A stretch of DNA of 64,000 bases from Candidatus Dietzia intestinigallinarum (GCA_019119875.1 DWWG01000012.1:25214-89213), one strand, 5' to 3'; counted from the stretch's first letter, positions 27,128 through 37,422 are shown. The notes: generated from the letters alone by a model not told the origin. Numbers and translations are program-made.

Positions 27128-27457
27128 CTAGTCCTCTCCGAGGACGCGGGTCTCGCCCTCCGGATCGAGCTCGTCGATCGCATCGCGGCGCTCATCTGCC
27201 GAGCCCGGTTGATCCCCACCCGGCCCGGCCGACTGTTCGCCCACGTCAGGGCGCTCGGCGGACAGTTTGTCGTCGAGATCCCGGTGCTCCTCTGCGGGGA
27301 TCCACGTCTCGGGAGCCTCCGCGGGCAGGTCCTCCCCGTCGGTGGTCAGCGTGTCGGCGTCAAGGCCCTCGCTGCCGTCGAGCGTGGTCTCGTCATGGTC
27401 GCCGACGGTGTCCTGGTCGTAGTCGCGTTCGCGGTCGTCCTCGTGCTGGGTGTCCAT
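27128..27457 (-). CDS. small, very acidic hypothetical protein (109 aa)
   Basis: Asp/Glu-rich ORF filling the gap between the iron ABC operon and pcm. Confidence 0.6.
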   Translation of the reverse strand: MDTQHEDDRERDYDQDTVGDHDETTLDGSEGLDADTLTTDGEDLPAEAPETWIPAEEHRDLDDKLSAERPDVGEQSAGPGGDQPGSADERRDAIDELDPEGETRVLGED

Positions 27458-27507
27458 GTCAGGGAGTCTGCGACAGACGCGGGCCGCTCGCATCCGGTGG
27501 ACGTCGA

Positions 27508-28263
27508 TCAGTAGTAGCAGGCGAGCGCGCCGTCCGGTCCGTCGATCACGGTGACAGGGGTGTCGAACACCCGGCTGAGCACCTCGTCGGTCATGATCTC
27601 GTCCGGGGTGCCGAACTCCACCACCTTGCCGTTCTTCACGGCGCAGATGTAGTCCGCGTAGTGGGAGGCGAAGTTGATGTCGTGGAGCACCACGACGAAG
27701 GTTCGTCCCAGTTCCTCGGCGGCGTGACGAAGGTGCTTCATCATCTGCACCGAGTGCCGCATGTCGAGGTTGTTCAGCGGCTCGTCGAGCAGCACATAGT
27801 CCGTCTGCTGGGAGAGCACCATCGCGACATAGGCGCGCTGGCGCTGACCGCCCGAGAGCTGGTCGAGATACCGGTTCTCCAGTGCTGTCAGGTCCAGGAA
27901 GTCGATGGCGCGCGAGATGATCTTCTCGTCTTCCACGGTCAGACGCCCCTTCGAGTAGGGGAATCTGCCGAACCCGACGAGCTGCCGGACGGTCAGCCGG
28001 GTGATGAAGTGGTTCTCCTGCCGGAGGATCGAGACGATTTTGGCGAGGTCCTTGGACTTCGTCGAGGCGACGTCGTATCCGGCGATCTCGATCGAGCCCT
28101 CGTCGAGTCCCATGAGGCGACCGATCATGGTGAGCAGGGTGGATTTGCCCGCGCCGTTGGGCCCCACGAGCGCGGTGATGCCTCCGCGGGGGATCTGGAG
28201 GTCCACGGGTCCGATGGTGACTTCGTCGCTGTAATTTCGTGCGACCTTGTCCAGCGAGATCAC
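27508..28263 (-). CDS. iron-siderophore ABC transporter ATP-binding protein
   Basis: GPNGAGKST, LSGGQRQR, LLDEPLNNLD, VLHDINFA; GTGA overlap. Confidence 0.93.
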   Translation of the reverse strand: MISLDKVARNYSDEVTIGPVDLQIPRGGITALVGPNGAGKSTLLTMIGRLMGLDEGSIEIAGYDVASTKSKDLAKIVSILRQENHFITRLTVRQLVGFGRFPYSKGRLTVEDEKIISRAIDFLDLTALENRYLDQLSGGQRQRAYVAMVLSQQTDYVLLDEPLNNLDMRHSVQMMKHLRHAAEELGRTFVVVLHDINFASHYADYICAVKNGKVVEFGTPDEIMTDEVLSRVFDTPVTVIDGPDGALACYY

Positions 28264-29312
28264 AGGCGGCCCTTTCTGAGGATGACGTAGAGGAAGACGG
28301 ACCCGCCGACGAGCTCGATGATGATCGAGACCACGCCCTGGGCGTAGAAGACGTGCTTCATGATGAAGTACGCACCGGAGAGCACGACGAATCCGAGCAG
28401 TGCCGATATCGGGAAGATGTAACGGTGGTCGTAGCTGTCGGCGAACTGGTACGCCAGCGTTGCGACGAGGAATCCCAGGAAGGTCATCGGGCCGACCAGG
28501 GCGGTGGAGACCGCCATGAGGATCGAGACGAAGAAGAGGGTGCGCATGACCTCGGCGCGGTGATCCAGGCCCAGGTTCTGGGTGATGTCCTTGCCCAGCG
28601 AGATCACGTTGAGCCGCTTGGCGCTGAGGATGAGCATGGTGGCGGCCACGATGCACAGTGGGATCGCGACCGGCAGGTAGGAGACCTCCGCGTTGGCCAT
28701 CGATCCGAACAGGCGGGCGGTGAGGATGTCGAACTCGCTCGGGGTGAGCAGGCGCTGCATGAAGGCGGAGATCGAGCCGAGCCCGCCGCCGATCACGATG
28801 CCGATGAGCAGCATCACCTGGATGTTGGCGTACCTGCCGGACAGGAGCCAGCCGTACAGGGCCACGGACAGGGCCACCATGAGCGCGACCTGGAGGATGA
28901 ACTGGGGGAGACCGGTCAGTGCCATCAGCCCGGCGGCGCCGAGGAAGTAGATCGCCGAGGTCTGGACCGCGACGTAGAGCGCCTCGAACCCCATGATCGA
29001 CGGGGTGACGATCCGGTTGTTGGCGACGGTCTGGAAGCTCACGGTGGCGATCGCCTGGCAGATCGCCACGACGACCATGACGACGACCGTCGTGGCGCGG
29101 AGTTCGGCGACCCGCCAGAATCCACCGGAGCCGAAGGGCATGGGGTTGTCCCAGGCCAGGATGCCGACGGCGAAGCCGGCGGCCAGAACGATGAGGACCG
29201 ACAGGACGATCCAGTATCGGCGTCTCGCGACCGGGGACGGCAGCGGTCCGGACTCGCGTCGCGAGGGTTCGTGGCTGTCAGAGGCCCCCAGGGCCGTATC
29301 GGGGCTAGCCAT
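28260..29312 (-). CDS. iron-siderophore ABC permease (FecCD family)
   Basis: FQTVANNRIVTPSIMG, VGPMTFLG. Confidence 0.92.
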   Translation of the reverse strand: MASPDTALGASDSHEPSRRESGPLPSPVARRRYWIVLSVLIVLAAGFAVGILAWDNPMPFGSGGFWRVAELRATTVVVMVVVAICQAIATVSFQTVANNRIVTPSIMGFEALYVAVQTSAIYFLGAAGLMALTGLPQFILQVALMVALSVALYGWLLSGRYANIQVMLLIGIVIGGGLGSISAFMQRLLTPSEFDILTARLFGSMANAEVSYLPVAIPLCIVAATMLILSAKRLNVISLGKDITQNLGLDHRAEVMRTLFFVSILMAVSTALVGPMTFLGFLVATLAYQFADSYDHRYIFPISALLGFVVLSGAYFIMKHVFYAQGVVSIIIELVGGSVFLYVILRKGRL

Positions 29313-30312
29313 TGGCGCGCTGCCTCAGGAGCAGGGCCACGAACACGATCGAACCGACGATCCCGAGAATGAGCGAGACCGGAACCTCGAAGGGCATGAT
29401 CACGGTCCGGGCCACGAGGTCGCAGACGGTGACGATGCCGATGCCGAGGAGGCACACCCACGGGAGGTTGCTGCGCAGGTCGTCACCACGGATGAGGGAG
29501 ACGATGTTCGGCACGATGAGGCCTAGGAACGGGAGGTTGCCCACGACCACCGTGACGACCCCGGTGGCGACGGAGATGAGCGCGGTACCGATCAGCATGA
29601 TCCGGTTGTAGTTCAGGCCGACGTTCGTGGAGATCTCCTCGCCGAGGCCGGCGACGGTGAACCTGTCGGCGACCAGGAACACCGCGAGGCCGACGAGGGC
29701 CACGATCCACAGCACCTCGTACTGCCCGCGAAGGATTGAGGTGAAGCTGCCGGCGAACCAGATCCCCAGGCTCTGGAGCAAGTCGGTCTGGAGCGCGATG
29801 AAGGTCGAGACCGACCCCACCACGGCACCGAGCATGATGCCGACGATGGGAACGATGAGTGAGGAGCGGAGGGAGACCCTGCGCAGGAAGAGGAAGAACA
29901 CCATCGTTCCGATGAAGGCGGCGATGACCGCTCCGACCATCCGGGTGAGGATGTCGGCGCCGGGGAAGAAGATCAGAACCGCGAGGAGCCCCAGGCCCGC
30001 CCACTCGGTGGTGCCGGTCGTGGTCGGTTCGACGAACCGGTTCTGGGTGAGCAGCTGCATGACGAGTCCGGACATCGACATCGCGGCTCCGGCGAGGACC
30101 AGTGCGATGGTGCGGGGGACCCGGGTGATGCCGAACATCTCTGAGCCGTCGTCGGCGCCGAAGATGTCATAGACGCCGGTCAGCAGGGACAGCGCCAACA
30201 GGGCTGCCACGACGAGGACGCCGATGAGTAGTTTCCAGTCGAAGAGTCTGCCCTTGGTCCGCGCAGGGGGGTCGTCCAGTGCGGCGGTGGAGCGTGTGGA
30301 GGAGGTCGTCAC
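29305..30312 (-). CDS. iron-siderophore ABC permease (FecCD family)
   Basis: RVPRTIAL, QNRFVEPTTTG, GNLPFLGLIVPN. Confidence 0.92.
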   Translation of the reverse strand: MTTSSTRSTAALDDPPARTKGRLFDWKLLIGVLVVAALLALSLLTGVYDIFGADDGSEMFGITRVPRTIALVLAGAAMSMSGLVMQLLTQNRFVEPTTTGTTEWAGLGLLAVLIFFPGADILTRMVGAVIAAFIGTMVFFLFLRRVSLRSSLIVPIVGIMLGAVVGSVSTFIALQTDLLQSLGIWFAGSFTSILRGQYEVLWIVALVGLAVFLVADRFTVAGLGEEISTNVGLNYNRIMLIGTALISVATGVVTVVVGNLPFLGLIVPNIVSLIRGDDLRSNLPWVCLLGIGIVTVCDLVARTVIMPFEVPVSLILGIVGSIVFVALLLRQRANG

Positions 30313-30385
30313 GTCTGGCCGTCAATCGGTTTCGTCAGGTACGGGGAAGAGGGTGGCCCGGCGGGCGGGCAGCTGGTGGGACGAC

Positions 30386-30427
30386 GTCGAGGGTGGGGCC
30401 ACCGGATTCGGCGGTCCCACCCTCGAC
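30386..30427 (-). terminator. strong intra-operonic stem-loop after the binding-protein gene
   Basis: GTCGAGGGTGGG ... CCCACCCTCGAC, perfect 12-bp stem. Confidence 0.65.
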
Positions 30428-30444
30428 CGAGGTCTCGTCGGTGG

Positions 30445-31437
30445 TCAGTTCTGCGCCTCGAGCTGGTCGGCGAGGGCGTTGAAGAACTCCGTGTAGGTCT
30501 GGATGCTCTCGTTGGTGTAGGTGTCGGCGGGCATGTAGACGATGTTGTCCTCCTGCACCGCGGTCACACGCTGGAGCGCCTCGGAGTCGGCGATGATCTG
30601 CGTGGCCGGGCGGTACGACGGATCCTCGGTGGCTGTGGCCAGGGCGCCGTCACGGTCCATGACCAGGATGATGTCCGGGTTGGAGTCGGCGATCGCCTCG
30701 ACGGAGATGTCGTCACCCTGGTGGTTGTCGGAGCCGTCCTCGACCTCAAGCGACGGGGTGAAGTCGAAGATCTCGAACATCGGGCCCATGGTCCGGCCGG
30801 TGCCCGGCGTGACGTAGCCGATGTCACCACCGGAGGTGATGAGGGCCATGACCGTGTCGCCCGGCTGGTAGGCGGCCCTGACCCGCTCGATCGACGCGTC
30901 GAAGTCGGCGTTGAGCTGCTCCGCCTCGGCCTCCTTGCCGAAGATCTCGCCCAGAACGGTGGTCTGGCGCTTGAGCTCCTCGTCGAACGGCTGGTCGTCG
31001 CGCGGGTCCAGGGAGAGGACTGTGGCCTCGGGGACCAGCTGGACGAAATCGTCCTGGTACTGGGTGAAGCGCTGACCGTTGATGATCAGATCCGGTTCGG
31101 CGGCCACCACGGCCTCGAGATCCGGCTCGCGGTGGCTCCCGAGATCGATGATTGAATCGTCGTCCTTGTAGGCGATGGTGGTGGGCATCAGCGAGACCGC
31201 GCCGGCGGTCAGCGGGACTCCCCAGTCGGACAGGGTCTCGAAGGTCCGGTTGTCTGTGGCGACGACCGAGCGGGGCGGAACGGTCACTGTCTGGGTGCCG
31301 TTGTTGTCCTCGACCTCGATGGTCGTGGTCTCGACATCGGCTGCGGCCGAGGTATCCGAGTCGGAGGTTCCGCAGGCCGTGAGACCGAGGGCGAGAGCGC
31401 TGAGGACCGCGCCGATACGAAGTCGTGTCGAAGTCAT
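30445..31437 (-). CDS. siderophore ABC substrate-binding lipoprotein (FatB/YclQ-like)
   Basis: Lipobox LTAC, GSHREPDLEAV, PDIILVMDRD. Confidence 0.92.
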   Translation of the reverse strand: MTSTRLRIGAVLSALALGLTACGTSDSDTSAAADVETTTIEVEDNNGTQTVTVPPRSVVATDNRTFETLSDWGVPLTAGAVSLMPTTIAYKDDDSIIDLGSHREPDLEAVVAAEPDLIINGQRFTQYQDDFVQLVPEATVLSLDPRDDQPFDEELKRQTTVLGEIFGKEAEAEQLNADFDASIERVRAAYQPGDTVMALITSGGDIGYVTPGTGRTMGPMFEIFDFTPSLEVEDGSDNHQGDDISVEAIADSNPDIILVMDRDGALATATEDPSYRPATQIIADSEALQRVTAVQEDNIVYMPADTYTNESIQTYTEFFNALADQLEAQN

Positions 31438-31495
31438 GATTTCCTTGCTTTTCTTGAGACCGGGAGTGCGTCGCCCCACGTGACGCCGGGCACGC

Positions 31496-31514
31496 TTAGC
31501 CAAACCTAACCTAA
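31496..31514 (-). promoter_or_regulatory. IdeR/DtxR iron box
   Basis: Minus strand TTAGGTTAGGTTTGGCTAA, 15/19 match to TTAGGTTAGGCTAACCTAA, about 60 bp upstream of the iron operon. Confidence 0.85.
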
Positions 31515-31698
31515 GCGACTCGTGGGGTGCAAAGCAGGGTGGGCGGTCAGGCGGGAGGGCGGTGCCCGGAGATGGTGCGGGCCGCTCCGCGGGCCCCGGT
31601 TCTCAGAAGGGTCAGGACGGTTGCAGGATCGTCGCCGGCCCTCGTCCCACCAGGACCGTCCGGGGCGGCGACACCGGTTCGGGGATAGGCTCCCGGAC

Positions 31699-32682
31699 AT
31701 GCGATTCGGTCTCTTCCTCCCTCAGGGGTGGCGTCTCGACCTGGTGGATATCCCGACTGTCGACCACTGGTCGACCATCTCTGGTCTCGCGACCCGGGCC
31801 GACACCGGCTCGTGGGAGTCGGTGTGGGTCTATGACCACATGCACACCGCGCCGCTGACCGACACCGAGGCCACGCACGAGGCGTGGAGCCTCATGTCGG
31901 CGCTCGGGGCGGTCACCTCCCGCGTCCGCCTGGGGCAGATGTGCACATGTATCGGCTACCGGAGCCCGGCGATGCTCGCCAAGATCGCCGCCACCGTCGA
32001 CGCGATCTCCGGAGGGCGGGTCGAGATGGGAATCGGCGCCGGATGGTACGAGCACGAATGGCGCGCCTACGGATTCGGCTTCCCCTCCGGGGGCCAGCGG
32101 CTGGCCATGCTGGACGAGGGCGTCCAGATCATGCTCGAGGCATGGTCGGACGGCGTCGTCGCGTTCGAGGGTGAGCACTACAGGGTCGACGGCGCGATCG
32201 TGCGACCCCGGCCGCTTCAGGACACGATCCCGATGTGGATCGCCGGTGGCGGTGAGCGCAAGACGCTGCGCATCGCCGCCCGCCACGCGGACTACACGAA
32301 TTTCGACGGCACGCCGGCGGGATTCGTCCGCAAGTCCGAGGTCCTGCACCGGCACTGCGCCGACATCGGACGTGATCCGGCGGAGATCACCCGGACGGCC
32401 AATTACAACGTCGCGATCGCGGAGACCGAGCGCGAGGTGGCCGATCGACTGGCGTTCCTGCACGACCGGATGACCCGTCACGCGGGCGTGGAGGAGGCCG
32501 ACCGGCAGCTCGGGGCCTACCAGGGGATGCCGGCGGTCGGCACTCCCGAGCAGATCATCGAGAAGCTCACCGAGCTGAAGGCGCTGGGTATGGAGTACGG
32601 AATCTTCTACTTCCCGGAGATCGCCGCGGACACCTCCGGGCTCGAGCTCTTCGAGCGTGAGGTGATCCCGGCGCTCGCATGA
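31699..32682 (+). CDS. LLM-class, probably F420-dependent oxidoreductase (Rv1855c-like)
   Basis: MRFGLFLPQGWRLD, SVWVYDHMH, YRSPAMLAK, GGGERKTLRIAA. Confidence 0.88.
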   Translation: MRFGLFLPQGWRLDLVDIPTVDHWSTISGLATRADTGSWESVWVYDHMHTAPLTDTEATHEAWSLMSALGAVTSRVRLGQMCTCIGYRSPAMLAKIAATVDAISGGRVEMGIGAGWYEHEWRAYGFGFPSGGQRLAMLDEGVQIMLEAWSDGVVAFEGEHYRVDGAIVRPRPLQDTIPMWIAGGGERKTLRIAARHADYTNFDGTPAGFVRKSEVLHRHCADIGRDPAEITRTANYNVAIAETEREVADRLAFLHDRMTRHAGVEEADRQLGAYQGMPAVGTPEQIIEKLTELKALGMEYGIFYFPEIAADTSGLELFEREVIPALA

Positions 32683-32691
32683 CCCGTCAGG

Positions 32692-33453
32692 TCAGGCCGC
32701 AGCGGAGGTTCGCGGCTTCCCGCCGAACAGCGGACCGTACAGGGCGCCCGCGATGAGCGCACCGACGATCGGGGCCACCCAGAACAGCCACAGTTGCCCG
32801 GGGGCACCATCACCGTTGAAGAACGCCACCGCCGTGGATCGGGCGGGGTTCACCGATGTGTTGGTTATCGGGATCGAGATGAGGTGGATCAGTGTCAGGG
32901 TCAGGCCGATCGCGGCAGGCGCGAACCCGATCGGCGCACGGTGGTCCGTGGCGCCGAGGATGACCCACACGAAGACGGCGGTGAGCACGATCTCGATGAT
33001 CAGCGCGGACACCAGGCTGTAACCGTCGGGGGAGTGCTCCGCGAAACCGTTGGCCGCCATCTGGCCGGTGGCCTCGAAGCCGTCTTTCCCACCTGCCACG
33101 ATGTAGATCAGCGCGCCGGCGATCAGGCCGCCGATGACCTGGCTGATGATGTAGAGCGGAACCTTCGCCCAGGGCAGCCGGCCGGAAACGGCGGCGCCGA
33201 CCGTCACGGCGGGGTTGAAGTGGGCCCCGGAAATGTGGCCGACGGCGTAGGCGCCGGTGAGGACGGTCAGGCCGAAGGCGATCGCGACACCGAGGTAGCC
33301 GACGCCCACCGCGATGTCGAGATCGTTGGCCTGGGTCATCTGGATCGCGGCGAATACCGCCGTGCCACAGCCGCCCAGGACAAGCCAGAACGTGCCGATC
33401 AGTTCAGCGGCCACGGTAGAGGTAGTGGACGGTGATGAAGATTCATCCGACAT
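32692..33453 (-). CDS. aqpZ: aquaporin Z
   Basis: Two NPA motifs ([14 protein letters not shown]). Confidence 0.95.
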   Translation of the reverse strand: MSDESSSPSTTSTVAAELIGTFWLVLGGCGTAVFAAIQMTQANDLDIAVGVGYLGVAIAFGLTVLTGAYAVGHISGAHFNPAVTVGAAVSGRLPWAKVPLYIISQVIGGLIAGALIYIVAGGKDGFEATGQMAANGFAEHSPDGYSLVSALIIEIVLTAVFVWVILGATDHRAPIGFAPAAIGLTLTLIHLISIPITNTSVNPARSTAVAFFNGDGAPGQLWLFWVAPIVGALIAGALYGPLFGGKPRTSAAA

Positions 33454-33618
33454 GCGTCTTTCCCTTCTTCCCTGTTCCCGGAGCCCCGGGCCGGCGGCGT
33501 CACGGCGATACCGTCGGGACAGTGACGCTAGCGCCCAGGAGTCTTCGGCGGTTCAAGAACGCCGGTTTCGCCGCCGCGGCGGGCGGAGAAAGGCGCAGAC
33601 GCGGAGGGGGAGAACCGC

Positions 33619-34389
33619 TCAGGGGGCGAGGAGCCCCGGCAACACCTGGCCCGCCGGCGCCCGGAGATGGACCGACACCTCGCGTCCGAGGCCCGACGCG
33701 CCCGGATTGACCTCCACCACGGGGATCCCCGCATCGGCGGCGACGCCGGGGAGCGAGGCCGCCGGTTGGACCAGACCGGAGGTCCCCACCACGAGCACGG
33801 CGGCGGCCGAGGAGACCGCCGAGACCGCCGCCTCCCAGGGGGCGGAGGGGAGCATCTCGCCGAACCAGACCACACCGGGCCTGGCCCTCCCGTCACACCT
33901 CGTGCAGGTGGGAGGGGTGAGACTGTCCGCCGGCTCCGGCGGCGGGGGACCCGCGTCCATCGGGGTGCCGCACGTGTCGCAGCGGTGCGCGAACAGGCTG
34001 CCGTGCACGTGGTGGACGAGTGTCGAACCGGCGCGCTCGTGGAGGTCGTCGACGTTCTGGGTCACCACCACGACGTCCCGGTGGTCCTGTGCCCGTGCCA
34101 CGGCCAGATGCCCGGGGTTCGGCCGGGCGCCGGAGATCAGGTGCTCGCGCCAGCGGTACCACGCCCAGACCATGTCCCGGTCGCGGCGCCAGGCCTCCGG
34201 TGTGGCGAGGTCGGTGGGGTCGTAGCGCTCCCACAGTCCGGTCTGTGCGTCCCGGAACGTGGGCACGCCGCTCTCGGCGCTCATCCCGGCACCGCTGAGC
34301 ACGACGAGAGGCCCGTGGCCGGAGAGGGCCTGACGGGCCTTGCTCATCTGTTCACGGAAACCGGGGGTCTCCGCTTCACCGGAGGTCAT
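33619..34389 (-). CDS. cobB: NAD-dependent protein deacylase (sirtuin, class III)
   Basis: GAGMSAESGVPTFR, TQNVDDLHERAG, HGS, two CxxC, GTS, NP. Confidence 0.93.
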   Translation of the reverse strand: MTSGEAETPGFREQMSKARQALSGHGPLVVLSGAGMSAESGVPTFRDAQTGLWERYDPTDLATPEAWRRDRDMVWAWYRWREHLISGARPNPGHLAVARAQDHRDVVVVTQNVDDLHERAGSTLVHHVHGSLFAHRCDTCGTPMDAGPPPPEPADSLTPPTCTRCDGRARPGVVWFGEMLPSAPWEAAVSAVSSAAAVLVVGTSGLVQPAASLPGVAADAGIPVVEVNPGASGLGREVSVHLRAPAGQVLPGLLAP

Positions 34390-34401
34390 GCTCAGCGCTC
34401 G

Positions 34402-35094
34402 TCAGCCGACGAAGGCGGACCCCACGGTCGGGAAGGGCACGCAGTTGGCGGTCCCGCCGTTCTCGAGCTCGGTGGTCACGCCACCCTGGAGCACCATGAG
34501 CACGTGCCCGGGACCGGTGTCGGCGACGCCGTTCAGGGTGGCGGGGCCGCCCTCGTTGATGCCGTTGTAGGTCAGGACGGTCGAACCGTGGCGGCCGTTG
34601 TGGATGTTGACCCAGTCCACGGTCATGGGTTGCACCTGGTGCTCGGCGACACCCTCGGTGCCCAGCGCGGTGAAGACGAATCCCAGCTGGCCTGCGGGGA
34701 TGCCGGGCAGCGGGAGGTCGGCCGGTCCGGGGACGGCGGTGGCGGCGCCCACGGCGGTCTGCTCGCCGCCGATGCAGTTCTGCATGAGGGTCGGGTACGC
34801 GAACTGCGCGATGACCGGGCCGTTCTCGGGAAGCGGTGTGCCCGGCTCGCCGGTACCGCGGAAGAAGCCGACGAGACGCAGGATCGTGCCGCGGGTGTCC
34901 TCGGGGAGCCACTGCTGGTCCGCCAGGTTCTCGATGGCCTGGAGAACGGGCTCGGTCGGGCGTCCCAGTTCGTCGAGCGACTGTGCGCTGGCGGTGGCGG
35001 GCGCGGCGAGGCCCACGGCCATGGCGGCGACGGCACCGATGCCGAGGGTCCGGAACGAGGTCCTGAGCGAGTGGCGGATCACTGGCGAGTCCAT
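34402..35094 (-). CDS. secreted Rv1157c-family protein
   Basis: Signal peptide ending ATASA; FAYPTLMQNCIGG; position between cobB and typA as in mycobacteria. Confidence 0.75.
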   Translation of the reverse strand: MDSPVIRHSLRTSFRTLGIGAVAAMAVGLAAPATASAQSLDELGRPTEPVLQAIENLADQQWLPEDTRGTILRLVGFFRGTGEPGTPLPENGPVIAQFAYPTLMQNCIGGEQTAVGAATAVPGPADLPLPGIPAGQLGFVFTALGTEGVAEHQVQPMTVDWVNIHNGRHGSTVLTYNGINEGGPATLNGVADTGPGHVLMVLQGGVTTELENGGTANCVPFPTVGSAFVG

Positions 35095-35488
35095 TCTTCG
35101 GATGAGGCGGGCGGATCGGGCGGCGACGGGCCGTCCGGTCGACCGCTAGATAATCTCACAATGTCCCGAGGCGCGGACACCTGGGATTCGTTGGCAGGTG
35201 CGATCTGGGGCCAGTGTTACAGATGGTGCGCGTGATGTAAATAACACGTGGTCGGATCGGCGTGGTCACCGGGCGCCGCTGATGCGCGGGGACGGGGCGG
35301 CGCGCTCGCGGTGCGGCACTCCGTCGGATAGGGAGGAGACCCCGGGAGCGGGTAATGTGGATCCGCACGCGCGGTCCGGCTTTCGACACGCGCCTGTGGA
35401 TCTTGTGGAACACCTCCGCCGATTCCCGTCATGCGCCCGGCGGTCAGAGCCGCCCGGCGCCGAACTTCTCCGAGGGAGAACCCAGCGT

Positions 35489-37399
35489 ATGGCCCTGACC
35501 GAGTTCCGTAACGTCGCCATCGTGGCGCACGTCGACCACGGTAAGACGACCCTCGTCGACGCCCTGCTGCGTCAGTCGGGGGCGTTCGACGAACGGGCGG
35601 AGCTGGTGGACCGCGTCATGGACTCCGGCGACCTGGAGCGCGAGAAGGGCATCACGATTCTCGCCAAGAACACCGCGGTCCGTCGGCAGGGCGCCGGAGC
35701 GGGCGGCGCGGACCTCGTGCTCAACATCATCGACACCCCCGGGCACGCCGACTTCGGTGGCGAGGTCGAGCGTGGGTTGTCGATGGTCGACGGCGTGGTG
35801 CTGCTCATCGACTCCTCCGAGGGGCCGCTGCCGCAGACCCGCTTCGTCCTCCGTAAGGCGCTGGGCGCCTCGCTTCCCGTGATCATCGTGGTGAACAAGA
35901 CCGACCGTCCCGACGCGCGGATCGACGAGGTCGTCGAGGAGGCACAGGATCTGCTCCTCGACCTCGCCGCGGACCTCGAGGACCCCGCCGCCCAGGCCGC
36001 CGCCGAGCGCGCGCTCGAGCTGCCCGTCGTGTTCGCCTCCGGCCGCGCGGGCAAGGCCTCCACCACCCAGCCGGCCAACGGCCGGGAGCCGGACGGCGAG
36101 AACCTCGACGGACTCTTCACGCTGCTCTATGACGTGATCCCGGCCCCGAAGGGCGACGTCGAGGCCCCGCTGCAGGCCCATGTCACCAACCTGGACGCCT
36201 CGAACTTCCTCGGTCGTATCGGTCTGGTGCGCATCCACAACGGCCGCCTGCGCAAGGGCCAGCAGGTCGCGTGGATCCACAACACGCCGGACGGCGAGCA
36301 GGTGACCAAGTCCGTCAAGATCTCCGAGCTGCTCAAGACCGAGGGGGTCAAGCGGGTCCCGACCGACGAGGCCGTGGCCGGTGACATCGTGGCGGTGGCC
36401 GGGATAGGCGACATCATGATCGGGGACACCCTCGCCGATCCCGAGAACCCGGTGCCGCTGCCCGCCATCACCGTCGACGAGCCGGCGATCTCCATGACCG
36501 TCGGCGTCAACACCTCGCCGATGGCCGGCCGCAACGGGGGCACCAAGCTCACCGCACGGATGGTCAAGGCCCGGCTCGACCAGGAGCTGGTCGGCAACGT
36601 CTCGCTGAAGGTGCTCGACACCGAGCGGCCGGACGACTGGGAGGTGCAGGGCCGCGGCGAGATGGCGCTGTCCGTCCTCGTCGAGACCATGCGTCGGGAG
36701 GGTTTCGAACTGACCGTCGGCAAGCCACAGGTCGTCACCAAGACGATCGACGGCAAGCTCCACGAACCGTTCGAGCACATGACCATCGACGTCCCCGAGG
36801 AGCACCTCGGGGCCGTCACGCAGCTCATGGCCGCCCGTAAGGGCCGCATGGAGCAGATGAGCAACCACGGCAGTGGGTGGGTGCGGATGGAGTTCATCGT
36901 CCCGGCACGTGGTCTCATCGGCTTCCGCACCACCTTCATGACCGAGACCCGCGGCTCGGGTATCGCCAACTCCGTCTCCGCCGGTTACGAGCCCTGGGCC
37001 GGAGAGATCCGCGCCCGCCACACCGGCTCGCTGGTCGCCGACCGGGCGGGGAAGGCCACCACGTTCGCACTGCTGGGGCTGGCCGATCGCGGCGACTTCT
37101 TCATCGAGCCCGGCGCCGAGGTGTACGAGGGCGTCGTGGTGGGGGAGAACCCCCGCTCCGAGGACATGGACGTCAACATCACCAAGGAGAAGAAGCTCAC
37201 CAATATGCGCGCGGCGAGCTCCGACGCCACCGAGACCCTGTCCAAGCACAAGAGCCTGTCCCTCGAGGAGGCCATGGAATTCTGTGCCGTCGACGAGTGT
37301 GTCGAGGTGGCCCCCGAGGCGATCCGGGTCCGTAAGGTGCTGCTCACGGCCTCAGAGAGGGCCAAGGCGCGGAGCCGCTCCAAGGCACGCGACAAGTAG
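35489..37399 (+). CDS. typA: translational GTPase TypA/BipA
   Basis: AHVDHGKTT, EREKGITI, DTPGHADFGGEVER, NKTD, GRGE. Confidence 0.97.
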   Translation: MALTEFRNVAIVAHVDHGKTTLVDALLRQSGAFDERAELVDRVMDSGDLEREKGITILAKNTAVRRQGAGAGGADLVLNIIDTPGHADFGGEVERGLSMVDGVVLLIDSSEGPLPQTRFVLRKALGASLPVIIVVNKTDRPDARIDEVVEEAQDLLLDLAADLEDPAAQAAAERALELPVVFASGRAGKASTTQPANGREPDGENLDGLFTLLYDVIPAPKGDVEAPLQAHVTNLDASNFLGRIGLVRIHNGRLRKGQQVAWIHNTPDGEQVTKSVKISELLKTEGVKRVPTDEAVAGDIVAVAGIGDIMIGDTLADPENPVPLPAITVDEPAISMTVGVNTSPMAGRNGGTKLTARMVKARLDQELVGNVSLKVLDTERPDDWEVQGRGEMALSVLVETMRREGFELTVGKPQVVTKTIDGKLHEPFEHMTIDVPEEHLGAVTQLMAARKGRMEQMSNHGSGWVRMEFIVPARGLIGFRTTFMTETRGSGIANSVSAGYEPWAGEIRARHTGSLVADRAGKATTFALLGLADRGDFFIEPGAEVYEGVVVGENPRSEDMDVNITKEKKLTNMRAASSDATETLSKHKSLSLEEAMEFCAVDECVEVAPEAIRVRKVLLTASERAKARSRSKARDK

Positions 37400-37422
37400 A
37401 CGGCGGACCCGGGGGGACACAC

